Positions 19,191 to 31,743 of a stretch of 64,000 nucleotides of DNA are shown here, piece by piece. The stretch comes from Amoebidium appalachense (taxonomy: Eukaryota; Protista; Ichthyosporea): positions 1,359,861 to 1,423,860 of the forward strand of contig CAVNZM010000018.1 in assembly GCA_963693365.1 (NCBI GenBank). The letters are read 5' to 3'. The notes below the pieces were generated by a model. The model ran no database searches. It was not told the DNA's origin and worked only from the letters and a program-made list of their open reading frames with translations. Every line of letters begins with the position of its first letter. Positions within the stretch are counted from its first letter, which is position 1. A program made the position numbers and the translations under genes.

Positions 19191-19422
19191 GGGGATGGGG
19201 AGAGAGAGAGAGAAAAGCAAAAGGGAGAGAAGGGGGAGAGCACAAAGAAGAAGAGCAGACGCGAATACAAACAAGGCTAAGACACACACATACTTCAAGA
19301 CTATTGCTGTATACTACGTAGTGACGTATTCCAACAGTGTGTGTATGTAGAACCACAGCAGAAAAAATATTCAACTGACTCCGGAATAAGCCCGTGTTGC
19401 GGTGACAAAATAATATATATCA

Positions 19423-19488
<66 letters not shown>

Positions 19489-20006
19489 GTCAGTGGCGAC
19501 ACGTGCATGCTTTTAACTTAATGCGATCGGCGGCACGCTGCCCACCCAGGTCGGTGAAAAGCAGAAGTTCTGCAGAACAAGCAAAGGCCTAAAAAGGTTC
19601 TTTTGCCACGAGCTTCGAATATCGTGATGCGCGTAAACCAATCATATACTGAAAAAGTCATGCTTAATTGTTATCAATATTTTATTCATGAAATAGAAAC
19701 CAATCAGGTGGCAGGTAACCGGTGGGACACCATGGTGTGAAACGTTCGCTGTGACTTAGGCTCACTTACCACAGGAATACAAGTACAAAGTATGTAGAAT
19801 TGTAGGGTTCTTCAGCCTCGATGGCTAGGAGAACGTGCCGCCGACCGTGCTGAATTTTATTTCCGTCTAGAAGGGCCGATAGTTGATAATTCAGCGGGCC
19901 TGACCTCTAAAGTTAGAAGCATTTCCGGGCTTTCTAGACTTATTTCTCGGAACTGTATATGACCCCCGCTCAGAAACCGTGTGGCCTGTAGCACCAAAGT
20001 AGGTCT

Positions 20007-20140
20007 GGTCTATACGAAGGAAACCCTAGGTATAGGGAGATCGGATGATAACTGGCTAAAAAAATACAATAATTGATAATAATTTACAAAAATAAAAACA
20101 TAAACCCAATAACCATAACCCTATGTGTGTCTGGGCCCTA
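20007..20140. repeat. 135-bp direct repeat, copy 2, followed by GC-rich hairpins (20143-20195)
   Basis: Near-identical to 16228-16362; followed by GGGGGGCTGCCGCCCCCC and AGGGGCCTGACGGCCCCT stem-loops. Probably the 5' region of the LINE family. Confidence 0.9.
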
Positions 20141-20316
20141 AATGGGGGGGCTGCCGCCCCCCCAACCCCCCGCTAGAGGGGCCTGACGGCCCCTTTATGT
20201 CGCTTGGGGATCGAATCGTTCTCATTTCACACTATTAACCCTTTAAGCCTAAAACAACAACACACCCCTCCACCCTTTTAAATCTACAATCGTGTGTGTC
20301 TGTGGTTGCGTGTGTG

Positions 20317-20416
<100 letters not shown>

Positions 20417-21247
20417 CCCCCTACCCTAGGGAAGGAACAGCCCCTTCAGCTCTCAATGGCCGAAGGAACCCCTTCAATGACTTCATCTATCTTACCAGGG
20501 AGGTTTTAGTTCAAAGTAGGATGACTCACCAATAGACGCGAGTGAGTACATCTATATAGATCGCGATGTGCATTCCTGTCTATTAAAATATACGTGTTAT
20601 GATTGGACACATAAGATATGTTTGGAATTCGTTTTTATCGTGATGTGTCTTCACTTTGAGAGTGTCGACTACTAGGAAGTATATGTATTTAGATGAGTTT
20701 CTTTATAGAGACGAGTATACATATATATGTGTATTAATAGTGACAATTTGTATAATTTACTTAAGTTATTTAAGTAAGAGTTTCTAAGCTTCAGTTGTGT
20801 CGGAAGTTGGAATGCGTATGCTCTGTTGGAATGTATTTTTCTATCATCTAAAGGAACCGATTGGTTCTCTTCTTTAGTTGAGATAAGATTAAGATGATAA
20901 ATGACCAGTACAAAAAGGCCCGAAAGCACAATAAAAGTTAGTTGTTGTTGAAATCTTTCAAGTATCGTGAACAACTCCGATTGCCCTCTCTTTATTGTGT
21001 TGGACGTGTTTTACATGACACCTCTGTGCACTCTGCTCCCTTAGACCCGTACAAAACAACACACACGCAGTTTAATACCGTTGCAGTTTTTTTTTGTTTT
21101 TTTTTGATACTCTTTTAAGAACGAGATTTTTCAACTTGTTCTATTCCGTACTCCCAAGAGTATGTGCCCACCAACTGCAGCTTCTTTATTTACCGCTAAG
21201 CGCCTGCCATTTGTACACCATTCCCAATCTCATTTGCAAACGCCACC

Positions 21248-22201
21248 ATGTCCCTAAACGGTCAATACGAAGCTGCAACCGCAAGCATTCAATCACTTTT
21301 GTCAACACTTGCCGAAGAAAAACGTGCCCTCGAAGAGGAAAAGGCACAATGGCTTAACATGGAGTGCAAACTTGACACCAGCAACCTGGCCGATCCCATC
21401 ACCCTCAACGTGGGGGGCACCCACTTTGCCCTCACACTCAAGGACCTGACCAGCAAGCCGGGCTCCTACTTTGCAGCCATGTTTTCGGGCCGGTGGGATG
21501 CAAAAGAAGACAAGAATGGAGCATTTTTCATCAACAGAAACCAGGTGGTGTTTCACTATGTTGCGGACCATCTGAGAGGGAGGGAAATCCCCGTTGACCT
21601 TCTCACTCCATTGAAAAGGGCCCTCCTGAAAGACGATGCCGAGTTTTATCGTTTGGATAGTCTCGTGGATGTCCTCAAGCCTAAGCAAGTAAGGGGGGAG
21701 CTCAAATTCATGACCGACATAACCTCTCCATACATCACTTATTCAGACGACGGCCGCACCGCAACCAAAACATCGGGTGGAGATAACTGGAACTGTACCG
21801 TGGTGGGACCAGAAATGGTGTGGCCCGACAAGGGTTTTTCAGAGGTCCGCGTGAAGCACGCGTTCAGCACAAACAGCACAATGATTGGCCTTGCACCCTC
21901 CCAGGCTATTATCGCTTGTGCCGCTAGCGGCTCCGCCACGTACTCAACCACCGGCTGGTATCTGCACACCATCGATGGAACACTCTACGGCCAAGATGGA
22001 CAGACGAAAAAGACTTATGCAAATCCTGCAAATTTGCTGAATGGAGCTGTGGTGGCTGTCCGCCTTCACGACGACGGCCGGATTTCGTTTGTGGTTAACG
22101 GAACTGATTTCAGAACGGCGTATGTTGTCCCAATGCAGCAGTCATGTAGGGTGGCAGTGATGATGAAGCCGGCAGGTACCACCGTAGAGCTTGTGGAGTG
22201 A
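21248..22201 (+). CDS. Intronless BTB/POZ (KCTD/T1-type) + SPRY/B30.2-like domain protein, 317 aa
   Basis: N-terminal coiled coil; BTB ITLNVGGTHF..LTSKPGSYFAAMFSGRW..FFINRN..FHYVADHLR..DAEFYRLDSLV; C-terminal beta-rich domain SDDGRTATK..MIGLAP..GWYLHTIDGTLYG..ISFVVNG. Intact ATG to TGA. Confidence 0.92.
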   Translation: MSLNGQYEAATASIQSLLSTLAEEKRALEEEKAQWLNMECKLDTSNLADPITLNVGGTHFALTLKDLTSKPGSYFAAMFSGRWDAKEDKNGAFFINRNQVVFHYVADHLRGREIPVDLLTPLKRALLKDDAEFYRLDSLVDVLKPKQVRGELKFMTDITSPYITYSDDGRTATKTSGGDNWNCTVVGPEMVWPDKGFSEVRVKHAFSTNSTMIGLAPSQAIIACAASGSATYSTTGWYLHTIDGTLYGQDGQTKKTYANPANLLNGAVVAVRLHDDGRISFVVNGTDFRTAYVVPMQQSCRVAVMMKPAGTTVELVE

Positions 22202-22864
22202 TCGTGCAATACATGTACCGTAGTGAATATGTCACAGTATTTCTTTTCTTTTCTTTTCTTTTTTTTTTTGTGCGTTTTATAAAGGGGCAACAAGACAGAT
22301 CCTCAGTAGTCAGGAGCCCCTACTTGCTTACTGCTTAACGCGGCGCCTGTGCATCTGCACGGGGGGAGGGGGAGGGGGGAGGAGGGGAGGGGGCCGGGAG
22401 GGGGGAAGGTTGGCTATATTGCACTTTGCATGTATATTCAAAAAACGTGCCCCAATAAAAAAAATCGAATAATACTTGAATATAAATCTGAATGAGTAAA
22501 AAGTAATCAGTGTTTAATTTTTATCCTGCGGTCCCACTGGAGTAGCCCACTCTTTATCTCTGCAATTCATCTTGAAGTGCAAACTGATAATTCTTCTATT
22601 ATGATTCCTTGTTTACCATTTGCTAACTTCAATAAATTCCTTTCAAACAATTCAAATTTAAGTTGACCTATCCGGATGGTGGTGACCTGCAACGAATCAA
22701 GTGGTGTTTGAGCCTGGCAAAATTTTAAGGAAAGGCTGGGCATCGTGTGTGACTGTTTGCCATCGGCTTTTCCCTTCCATATCGTCAGCTTAGTTTAATG
22801 CCCGTGCCATGGAAGGCATGATACAGCTCTCATTTTTCTTCTAAGTATTTATGTTCCTAACCGT

Positions 22865-22897
<33 letters not shown>

Positions 22898-22980
22898 ACC
22901 CCCTGCCCCCCCCTCCGCCACCCTAACAGCACCACTGCAGGCACCACCACCACTAGTACCCCGGGCCCCTCTTCTCTCTT

Positions 22981-23186
<206 letters not shown>

Positions 23187-23227
23187 CCCCCCTCTCTCTC
23201 TCACGCCCTCTCTCTCTCTCTCTCTCC

Positions 23228-23266
<39 letters not shown>

Positions 23267-24164
23267 GCCCTCTCTCTCTCTCTCTCTCTTGGCACTCTGC
23301 TTATGTCTCTGTTTCTCTTTCTCCCTCTCCCCCCTGCAAGAAAAGTGCTGACTTACGGCAAAAGTCCCTACTATTCTCACCTGACTAGCAGAGTGTACAC
23401 ACTACAACTAACACGTACCTGGGCACACATGCATATGAATGAGAGTATGCGTGGGTGATCAGGCCACTAAACTAACAGACATAAACACGTGCAGAGTGGT
23501 GCTGGGCAATGCACGATGCCACAGCACTAACAGAGAGGGTAGTGTGGAGAGGTAGACACACAGTTGCATGTTCTGTCAATCTACGTCTAATTTATTATGC
23601 TCGATTCTCAAATTTACCTGCCGCAGGCAGATTCCATGAATACAGATCTATCCAAAGGTATTTGCGCATCTGATTGGCAAATACTATGAATGCTATAAAT
23701 CTGACCAATCATATAACGACACGTACATGAATGGAAATCAAACTGCATTCCCCTCATACGGTCCAACCGCAGACAAAACACCAACTACACAGAAAACATG
23801 AAAAGCATGCACAACAATCGTCGGATGCGTGCTTTCCTCTCGCTATCGCCAATAGCTAAACAAACTATGAATACCACACGTGCCTAAAGAATAACAGAGG
23901 GCAAACAAGAGCATGCCGGACATGCTTATGAAATAAAGGGACTCGGAGATAAAGCACAAATAAACGATCGCACCTAAATCACTATGTATGCTATGTGCTC
24001 GTGCAACCTGTGTAAACCAAAGATGTGCAACTAATGAAGAATCGTGCTGTGCACGTGCGTGCGAAATGCATATGCCAACTCGTGCACTATTGTTGTATAT
24101 TCTGCCCCCCCCCCCCCCCCCCCCCTCTCTCTCCCTCTCCCTCCCCCTCTCCCCTCCCCCCCCC

Positions 24165-24260
<96 letters not shown>

Positions 24261-24499
24261 GCTCTCTCTCCCCCCTCCCTTAAATAAAAGAGACTCTCTC
24301 AATAGTAGTAGTCTCACAAGTGCACGTAGCCTTTATTGACCCTTAATATGACTTCAGAAAACCGACAAAAACAAATATCGATTCCTGTTTTACGATTGAG
24401 CCCCCACTAAGGAATTGGGAATTCAAGATCCCGGATACCTTTTTTTTTTTTTGGGGGGGGGGGGGGGGGTTGTGGGGCCGGCGGAGAGGGGGGGGGGGG

Positions 24500-25265
24500 T
24501 GTTGGACATTGTGTTCATAGAAGCTAGTTCTAGTGCACGTTGTTCCTTCTGTAAGTCAGAAATGATTGCATCTTGTGAGGCCAACCTCTGCTCCAGTAGT
24601 TGGACTAGTTGCTGCAACTGTAAGTTGTCAGACATAGTGTCGTGTATGATGGGTAACTAGTCTATGTGTTTTGTGCACTGGAAACGACAGTAGAAAAGTG
24701 TAAATCAAACGTTCTGCTTCCCATGTTTGTGACATGGGAGGCACTGCTTTATATAGTCGTTGGCCACCTCATGGTGGCCTCGTGTGCACCCTGGTGGTGG
24801 GCCATGTACAGCATGGCCGAAAAGAGAGCACAATGAAAACAAGTCGTTAAAGATATAAAAGTTAACTGTGCACGTTGAGTGGCTAGTTAACTTGCACTAA
24901 AGCACACAAATAAACGTGTTTAACACACCAATTGCAGTTAAACGTAAATCTTGCTTCACACAACTAAAAATATTCTGAGAATATCCGGGAATAAAGCACA
25001 CTACCACTCTAAGAATAGAATCCTGTGGCAAATATAGACATGACATCATCTGAACCGGGAATAGCCGAAAAGAGAGCACAATTAGCACGTTGCTAGTGAA
25101 GCTCGTCATTGGTACAGTTTTGGCTCAAACATATAACTACCATATATGAATATGACCGTAAACAAAAGCTCTATGCACTCGAGTGAGTGTTGAAACAGTT
25201 ATTCAATTGCTCAGAAACTTTCTCTAACAGACATTGCTAGCCGGGAGTACCAGTGTACTCCAACA
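24500..25265 (-). repeat. 3' LTR of the copia element (766 bp)
   Basis: TG...CA ends with a 7-bp inverted repeat; TATA-like CTATATAAAG on the minus strand (~24747-24756); matches 29619 onward. Confidence 0.95.
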
Positions 25266-25453
25266 CCCCTACTCAATTGGATAATTGTGGTATGAATTAA
25301 TGCAACTGAGCTCGAGTGCTTCAGGTGCACAAAATACAGACAATAAAGATTCCCCTACTCAATTTTAGTATGGTACACGTAGTTGCACAGTCGGATGCAA
25401 CTCTCTCCCCCCCCCCCTGAAGTATGAGGGCGCAGTTGGTTGATGACGGGTGC

Positions 25454-28400
25454 TCAGCACATGTTGAGCATCCCCACGGCCTTGGTGAAGAAAGAGGCAG
25501 ACAGGGCCTTGGTGAACATGTCGGCCTTGTTGTCAGCAGAAGCCACCGGGACCACAGTGATGTTGCCCAGCAGGTGATGTTCCTTGACGGAGCAGTAGCG
25601 GACGTCGATGTGCTTGGTCTTGGGCTTAACCCCCAGGGTGTCCAGCAGGGCCCGGGCAGACTCATTGTCCCCATGGATGGGCACCGGGGTGGGCTCATTG
25701 ATAGGATTAAGGCCCAGGTCGTCCATCACATAGTTGAGCCATAGGGCCTCGTTCGTAGCAGCAGACATGGCCACAAATTCAGCCTCAGTGGAGCTGTGGG
25801 TGGTGATGGACTGGAGCCGAGACACCCAGGACACAGGGGAGGAGTTGATGAAGAAGACATAGCCCGTGGTGGAGCGCCGGGTGTCGCGGTCCTCGGCGTA
25901 GTCGGAGTCGGAGTAGCCAACAAGGTTGGGGGGGCCGGGACGGTAGACAATACCCAGGTCGATGGTGGCCAGCAGGTAGCTTACAACTCTGGTAGCCATA
26001 GTCCAGTGGGTGACGGTGGGCGCATGAATGTGTCGAGTAAGGACTCCCAGAGCCTGGGAAATGTCGGGGCGGGTGGTACGTGCAATCCACAGCAGGGCAC
26101 CGACCAGGCTGGCATAGTCCTCCTTCTTGCTGTAGGCTGGGGTCTTGTTGCTTTCACTGGCCTGGCCCGGGACGATGGGGGTCTTGGTGCCGGACATGTG
26201 GGTGAGACGAAAACGGGCAGCCAAGTCGATGATGTGTTGACGATGGCCCAGACGCAGAGACCCGTCCTCCAGCCAGGTAAGAGTGTGCCCGATGAGCAGG
26301 GTAGGACGACCCAGGTCCTTGGCAGAGAAACGAGCATCCAGCTTGGTGAAAAAATCGTCGATGAGTGCATCAGTGGCGGCCGTCACGGTGAAGTCATCCA
26401 CGTAGGCAGCAAGGGCAATAAACGTTGGGGTCCCGGCATTCTTGATGAACAGGCACGGGTCAGCAGCACTCACAATGAAGCCTTGGTCGAGGAGATGGTC
26501 ACGGAGGGCCTCATACCACTGGCGCGGTGCCTGTTTTAGGCCGTAGAGCGCCTTGTGGAGCAAGCCGACAGCATGGGGGGCCGAGGGGTTGACGAAGCCA
26601 GGGGGCTGCTCAATGTAGATGGTCTCGTTGACGGTGCCGTTGAGGAATGCTGTGTTGACGTCGATGTGGCGCAGAGGCAGACCTTGGGCCACGGAGGTAG
26701 CCAAAACCAGCCGGATGGTAGCCAGCGCAGCCACAGGTGACTCGGTGACGAAATAGTCCTGGCCAGGCTGCTGGTAGTTGCCCCGGGCCACAAGCCGGGC
26801 CTTGAAAGCAGTGACGTTGCCGACGTTGTCCTGCTTGACCGTAAAGACCCAGCCGACCGGAATGACAGTGGAGCCATCCTCTGGACGGGGCACAAGGGTG
26901 AAGGTGCCGTTGTCTTCCAGGGCCTTGAGCTCACGGTGTGCAGCCTCCTCCCATTTCAGACGCTGGGGACTCTTGAGTGCAGCCCGGACAGTCTTGGGGA
27001 CAACAATGGTGGAAGCCTTGATGGGTGTTGATGCAGGAGCCGTAGCCTGGGGGGCAAGGGGGGCCGTAGCAGCAGCCACGTTGGCAGTCGGGCCTCGACG
27101 TTGGTCGTTGTACACAGCGCCACTACGGGTCGTCCGGGGGAGCCGATGTGCAGGCTCGGGCAGGATCGGAATGTCCAATTGATCACTCGGCGCTGTCCCA
27201 TTGGCTGACAGACGAGACGAATCAGATTGCTGATCATTCCGGACGATGTGATTGGCTGGCTGATTTGACGAATCAGATGACTCCAAAAAATGATGAATTG
27301 CCGGTGCGGTCGACCAATCAGATGGGACATCACGGAGGGGGTGCAGAATAGCAGCCTCGTCGAACTGCACGTCACGGCTGACGGTCATCTTGTGTGCTGC
27401 TGGAATCCAGACCTTGTAGCCCTTGATGTTAGGAGGGTAGCCCACGAAGATGCCCTTGACGGCACGAGGCGCCAGTTTCGGTGTATCCTGTTGATGGACG
27501 TAGCAGGGAGAGCCCCAGACACGGAGCCGGCTGTAGTCGGGAGGAATGCCGGTCCACAGCAGGGCGGGAGACGATTGGCTGCCGGTGGCTCGCGACGGGA
27601 GCATGTTGCGTATAAAAGCCGCGGTCACAGCTGCCTCGGCCCAGAATCCCACCGGAAGGCCGGACTGCTGCAGGAGTGCCCGAACCATGTCGAGGAGGGT
27701 CCGGTTCAGTCGTTCGGCAGTCCCATTCTGTTGAGGAGAGCCGGTGGTAGTGATCTGATGGCGAATGCCATGCTCACGGTTGTAGTCCCCGAAGGCCGTG
27801 CCCATGTACTCGCCCCCCCGTCGGACTGAAACACCTGCATGGGAACACCGTGTTGGGTAACCGCCGCCTTGTGGTACGTCACATATGCAGCCAGTGTGTC
27901 CGACTTCTTGACGAGGGGCACGGCCGTGGTGTGGCCGGTGAATTCGTCGTGGAACGTCGCCAAGTACTGAGCACCACCGATCGCGGGAGGGAAGGGGCCG
28001 CTGATGTCGCTGTGAACCTTGGCTAGGACCCGGGGAGCTTGGCTAGTTGATTCGGAGAAGGCAACACGGTGGGCTTTGCCGAGGGCACAGGGCTCACACA
28101 CACCCGGAGACTTGGCACCGCCACCCACCAACAGGCCTGCAGACTTGATGACCGAGCGTACAGCGTCAATGCCAGCATGGCCCAGACGGTAGTGCCACGT
28201 GTTGAGGTCGGCAGTAACCTTGAGGATACGCGGAGCAGTGGTGGTTTGGGCGTCCGGGGTTGTGTCCGCGCGCAGAAGAGACACCGCCATGTGGTACAGC
28301 TTGGTGCCGACAGCCGAGCCGGTGGCCAGAATTTGATCGCCGTAGCACAACTTAACGCCGCCGCGGGTGTCAAAGCGGGGTAAAACACCGTTGGTAGTTG

Positions 28401-29754
28401 CCGTGAACACACTGATGAGAGTGTCGGGGATGGAGGGCACGTAGAGTACATCCGTCAGCTGATGCACCGCAGTAACGCCGTCGATGGTGCTGGAAAAGAA
28501 CACGTCGCCCACCCCAAGCACTGCACATGCACCCTTGTCGGCTACTTGGACCGTGGAGTAAGGCGCCGCACGCATGTTGATGAACACATCGGGCCGGGGG
28601 CACACATGGTCAGTGGCTCCAGAGTCGAGGAGCACCTTGTTGGTGCCACAGTCGTTGCTAGACATGAGGAAAGCCCGGGGAGCGGCAGCCCCCCCCTTGC
28701 ACTGTGCCGTAGTGTGGGTAGTAGAGGCAGGGTGGTTGATGCAGGACCCAGGCGGGAGGGGACCACCCTTAGGTTTGCGGCCGTTGGCACGGTTGCCCCC
28801 CTTGCACATGGCGGTAGTGTGACTGGTAGACAGTGGGTGGTTGACGCAGGAACCCTTGGGGTAGGTGCTGGCACGGTTGTTGCCAGAGTTGCTGTGTTGG
28901 CCGTTGCCGTTGGGGCACTGAGACTTGATGTGGCCTGGTTTGCCGCAGCCGTGGCAGATGACAGGTTGAGGAGCCCGTGTGGTGAAGGCGGCCGGCCCGG
29001 AGCTGGTAGTCACACGTGCACGTGGGTGGCTGGTCTCATATGCCCGTAGCTGTTGGAGGAGGCCCATCACGGTAGGCTTGGGTGTCATCTTGTAGGCAAT
29101 TACAGGCATTTCGTAGTAAGGCACCTTCAGTCCGAGGTCGTTGGTGAGCTTGGTCAGCACTTGAGCATCACCAATTTGTGTGCCGTAATCGGCCAGGCGC
29201 CGCACGTAGCCGCGGAGTTTCATGGCGTATTTCGTCGCGGTGTCCGTAGGTTCAGGCGTAGAATTCATGTACAGCCCGATAAGGTCGTACTGATTGGCCT
29301 CAGATTGCTCCAGGTAGTGGGCAGATAGGGCCGACCATATCTCCGCAGGTGTGGTGGTGCGTGTTAACCCTAGGATACAACGCACGTCAACCGAGAGTGC
29401 TTGCCACAGGTAGGAACGGGCAGTGTCGACCTGTTCACGGGTAGCCGGGTGCTCCGTACTGGGCGCGATGGTGTGGAGAAGACCAGCACCAGAAAGCTGG
29501 ACATACATGGTTTCGGCCCATGTGTGGTAGTCCGTGCCTGAATCATTATCAATGCCAGTGAAGAGAGGGATGTCGACCTTGAACTTGATGGAATCATTAC
29601 GTGAGGGGCCCATAACCCTGTTGGACATTGTGTTCATAGAAGCTAGTTCTAGTGCACGGTGTTCCTTCTGTAAGTCAGAAATGATTGCATCTTGTGAGGC
29701 CAACCTCTGCTCCAGTAGTTGGACTAGTTGCTGCAACTGTAAGTTGTCAGACAT
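25454..29754 (-). CDS. Copia Gag-Pol polyprotein (about 1430 aa if one base is restored in the G-run at 27813-27819)
   Basis: CHGCGKPGHIKSQC knuckle; protease LLDSGATDH; WHYRLGH..CEPC; integrase HSDISGP..FQSDG(G)GEY..QQNGTAERLNRTL; RT FKARLVARG, LYGLKQAPRQW, YVDD; RNase H YSDSD..SSTEAEF..HIDVRY..ADMFTK. Confidence 0.95.
29606..29617 (-). promoter_or_regulatory. Primer binding site complementary to the anticodon arm of tRNA-iMet (half-tRNA priming)
   Basis: Minus strand CCAACA-G-GGTTATGGGCCC directly after the 5' LTR; same type as the Drosophila copia PBS GGTTATGGGCCCAG. Confidence 0.9.
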
Positions 29755-30050
29755 AGTGTCGTGTATGATGGGTAACTAGTCTATGTGTTTTGTGCACTGG
29801 AAACGACAGTAGAAAAGTGTAAATCAAACGTTCTGCTTCCCATGTTTGTGACATGGGAGGCACTGCTTTATATAGTCGTTGGCCACCTCATGGTGGCCTC
29901 GTGTGCACCCTGGTGGTGGGCCAGTACAGCATGGCCGAAAGAAGCACAATGAAAACAAGTCGTTAAAGATATAAAAGTTAACTGTGCACGTTGAGTGGCT
30001 AGTTAACTCACTAAAGCACACAAATAAACGTGTTTAACACACCAATTGCA
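29619..30050 (-). repeat. 5' LTR of the copia element (partial)
   Basis: Near-identical to 24500-~24935, then degenerates. Confidence 0.93.
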
Positions 30051-30573
30051 GAAACGTAAACGCCACACAATAAAAAAGAAAACCGGAAAAAGCACACACC
30101 AAAAAAAAAAACCCGAAAAACAAAAAGCCCCCGCCCCGCCCGGCCTGCCTCTCCTGCCTTTAAATTTGAAATTGGGAATTTAAAGGTTTTATTTGTGGAA
30201 ATTATTGACATAAATATTTTTCTGGGTAAACACGTAGGATGGGTGTTCGATACCAACATAACCATGTAGGCTTCATTTCGTGTTTTAGCAGTTAGCGGTT
30301 GGCTGCCCGCACACGGGCACCTATTAGCCAGTCAAAACATCAGATACCACAGATCACTAGACCGAGTTATGATTGGCTCGGATCAGATTTCACATATCAC
30401 TAGATCGATTTTTGATTGGTTCAGATCGGTAGGCTTAGGTATATAAGCACGACAGTTTTTAGCAGATCAGCAAGCTACAAACACATCTTCTGTGTTTAGC
30501 ATCCACAGCCTTACAGCTATATATTCCTTTTCACTCCTTTTCATTCTCCCTATCTTTCCCTACGCCGGTCAGC

Positions 30574-31743
30574 ATGCCGCCGAAAAAGCGCCAGGCCTCA
30601 GCCGCCGCCCCTGCCGCGGCACCTAAGCGCCTGACCCGCAGCGACCTCCGCCACAGGCTGACCAACGCTCCCGCGGACACTGACGCGCCTCCAGCGGCCC
30701 ATACCACCACGGACCCGGACCCGCCGGCTACTCTCCCCTCCACCCCTGAAGTCCCCCCTCAGGCCCCGCCGTCCCCGCAGATGACTTCTCAAGACGCCGT
30801 CCTGGCCGCCCTCACCGCCATCAGCACCCAGATGGCTGGCGTCCTGGCTGCTCTCACCAACCGCGACCCTCCCGCGCCCCCCGCCGCGCCCTCCACACCC
30901 GGGGAGGTTTCCCCGGGGCTGCATCTCGGCCCTGACCTTGACCTGCCTGCCCTGCCCGCGCCCCCCATCACAGGTGAGAACACTGGCGACATTCAGCCGG
31001 GCACACTCCCGCTTCCCCCCGCGGATGTGCTGGCAGATTTGCGCGCCAATCGTTTCGTCGACCTGTATAAGTTCACCCCCGCCGCCCTCCTGGCCCCATC
31101 CAAGAAAGGTCAGCATCTGCGCATGGCCGACGACGGCAGCATCGAGACTTTTCGCCAAGACAAACCCGTTCCCCTGCGTTCACTCGTCATTTGGATCCAA
31201 GCTTGGACCCATTACATGGCCGCCAAGCACCACCTCGGCCTTCCCACGGACAAAGACGTACTTTGGACTCAGCACATCACTCGCCTCAGCACCCGATACC
31301 CGTGGGCCCAGATCCACAACTATGACGTATACGCCCGCACCGTGGCCCACCAGCAGGGTCGGGCTCCGATCGAGTGCCCCAACCTGCTCGCCCAACTCCA
31401 CCAGGATCTCCTCCTGCCACCCACCCTGCTCATCCAGGACGCATGTCAGCGCTGTGGCTTCCCCGACCACCCCAGCGCGGCCTGCCCCATGTACCCCAAG
31501 CCCGGCTGTGGTCTTGACGGCTTTAAGCCGCCCCACAAGCCCGGCGGGGGTCACACCCCTAACCGCCCTGGCCCGCAACCCGGCCCGGCCAAACCGGCCC
31601 GACCCGTGGATCTACCCGCGACGCACTGCAGGAATTTCCACATTAACGGTCGGTCCTGCGCTAAGCAGCCCTGCCCCTTCTCCCACGTGTGCCCGCTCTG
31701 CTCTGGCACACACCCCCGCAAAGACTGCAAGCACAATGCCTAG
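30574..31743 (+). CDS. Gag-like ORF1 of the Ngaro element, 389 aa
   Basis: WIQAWTHY..YPWAQIHNYDVYAR core; zinc motifs CQRCGFPDHPSAAC and CRNFH..SCAKQPCPFSHVCPLCSGTHPRKDC. Confidence 0.9.
   Translation: MPPKKRQASAAAPAAAPKRLTRSDLRHRLTNAPADTDAPPAAHTTTDPDPPATLPSTPEVPPQAPPSPQMTSQDAVLAALTAISTQMAGVLAALTNRDPPAPPAAPSTPGEVSPGLHLGPDLDLPALPAPPITGENTGDIQPGTLPLPPADVLADLRANRFVDLYKFTPAALLAPSKKGQHLRMADDGSIETFRQDKPVPLRSLVIWIQAWTHYMAAKHHLGLPTDKDVLWTQHITRLSTRYPWAQIHNYDVYARTVAHQQGRAPIECPNLLAQLHQDLLLPPTLLIQDACQRCGFPDHPSAACPMYPKPGCGLDGFKPPHKPGGGHTPNRPGPQPGPAKPARPVDLPATHCRNFHINGRSCAKQPCPFSHVCPLCSGTHPRKDCKHNA

Larger units (their letters stand above)
24500..30050 (-). mobile_element. Ty1/copia LTR retrotransposon, near intact, 5' LTR truncated
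   Basis: 3' LTR 24500-25265 (TGTTGGA...TCCAACA); 5' LTR 29619-~30050 nearly identical over ~430 bp; PBS at 29606-29617; PPT at 25266-25278; domain order PR-IN-RT-RH. Confidence 0.97.

Noticed and set aside
23336-23568. Possible solo LTR (TGCAA...TTGCA)
   Set aside because: No target-site duplication and no second copy in the window.
27706-27825. Programmed gag-pol frameshift in the copia element
   Set aside because: The break lies within the integrase catalytic core at a G homopolymer, not at the gag/pol boundary.
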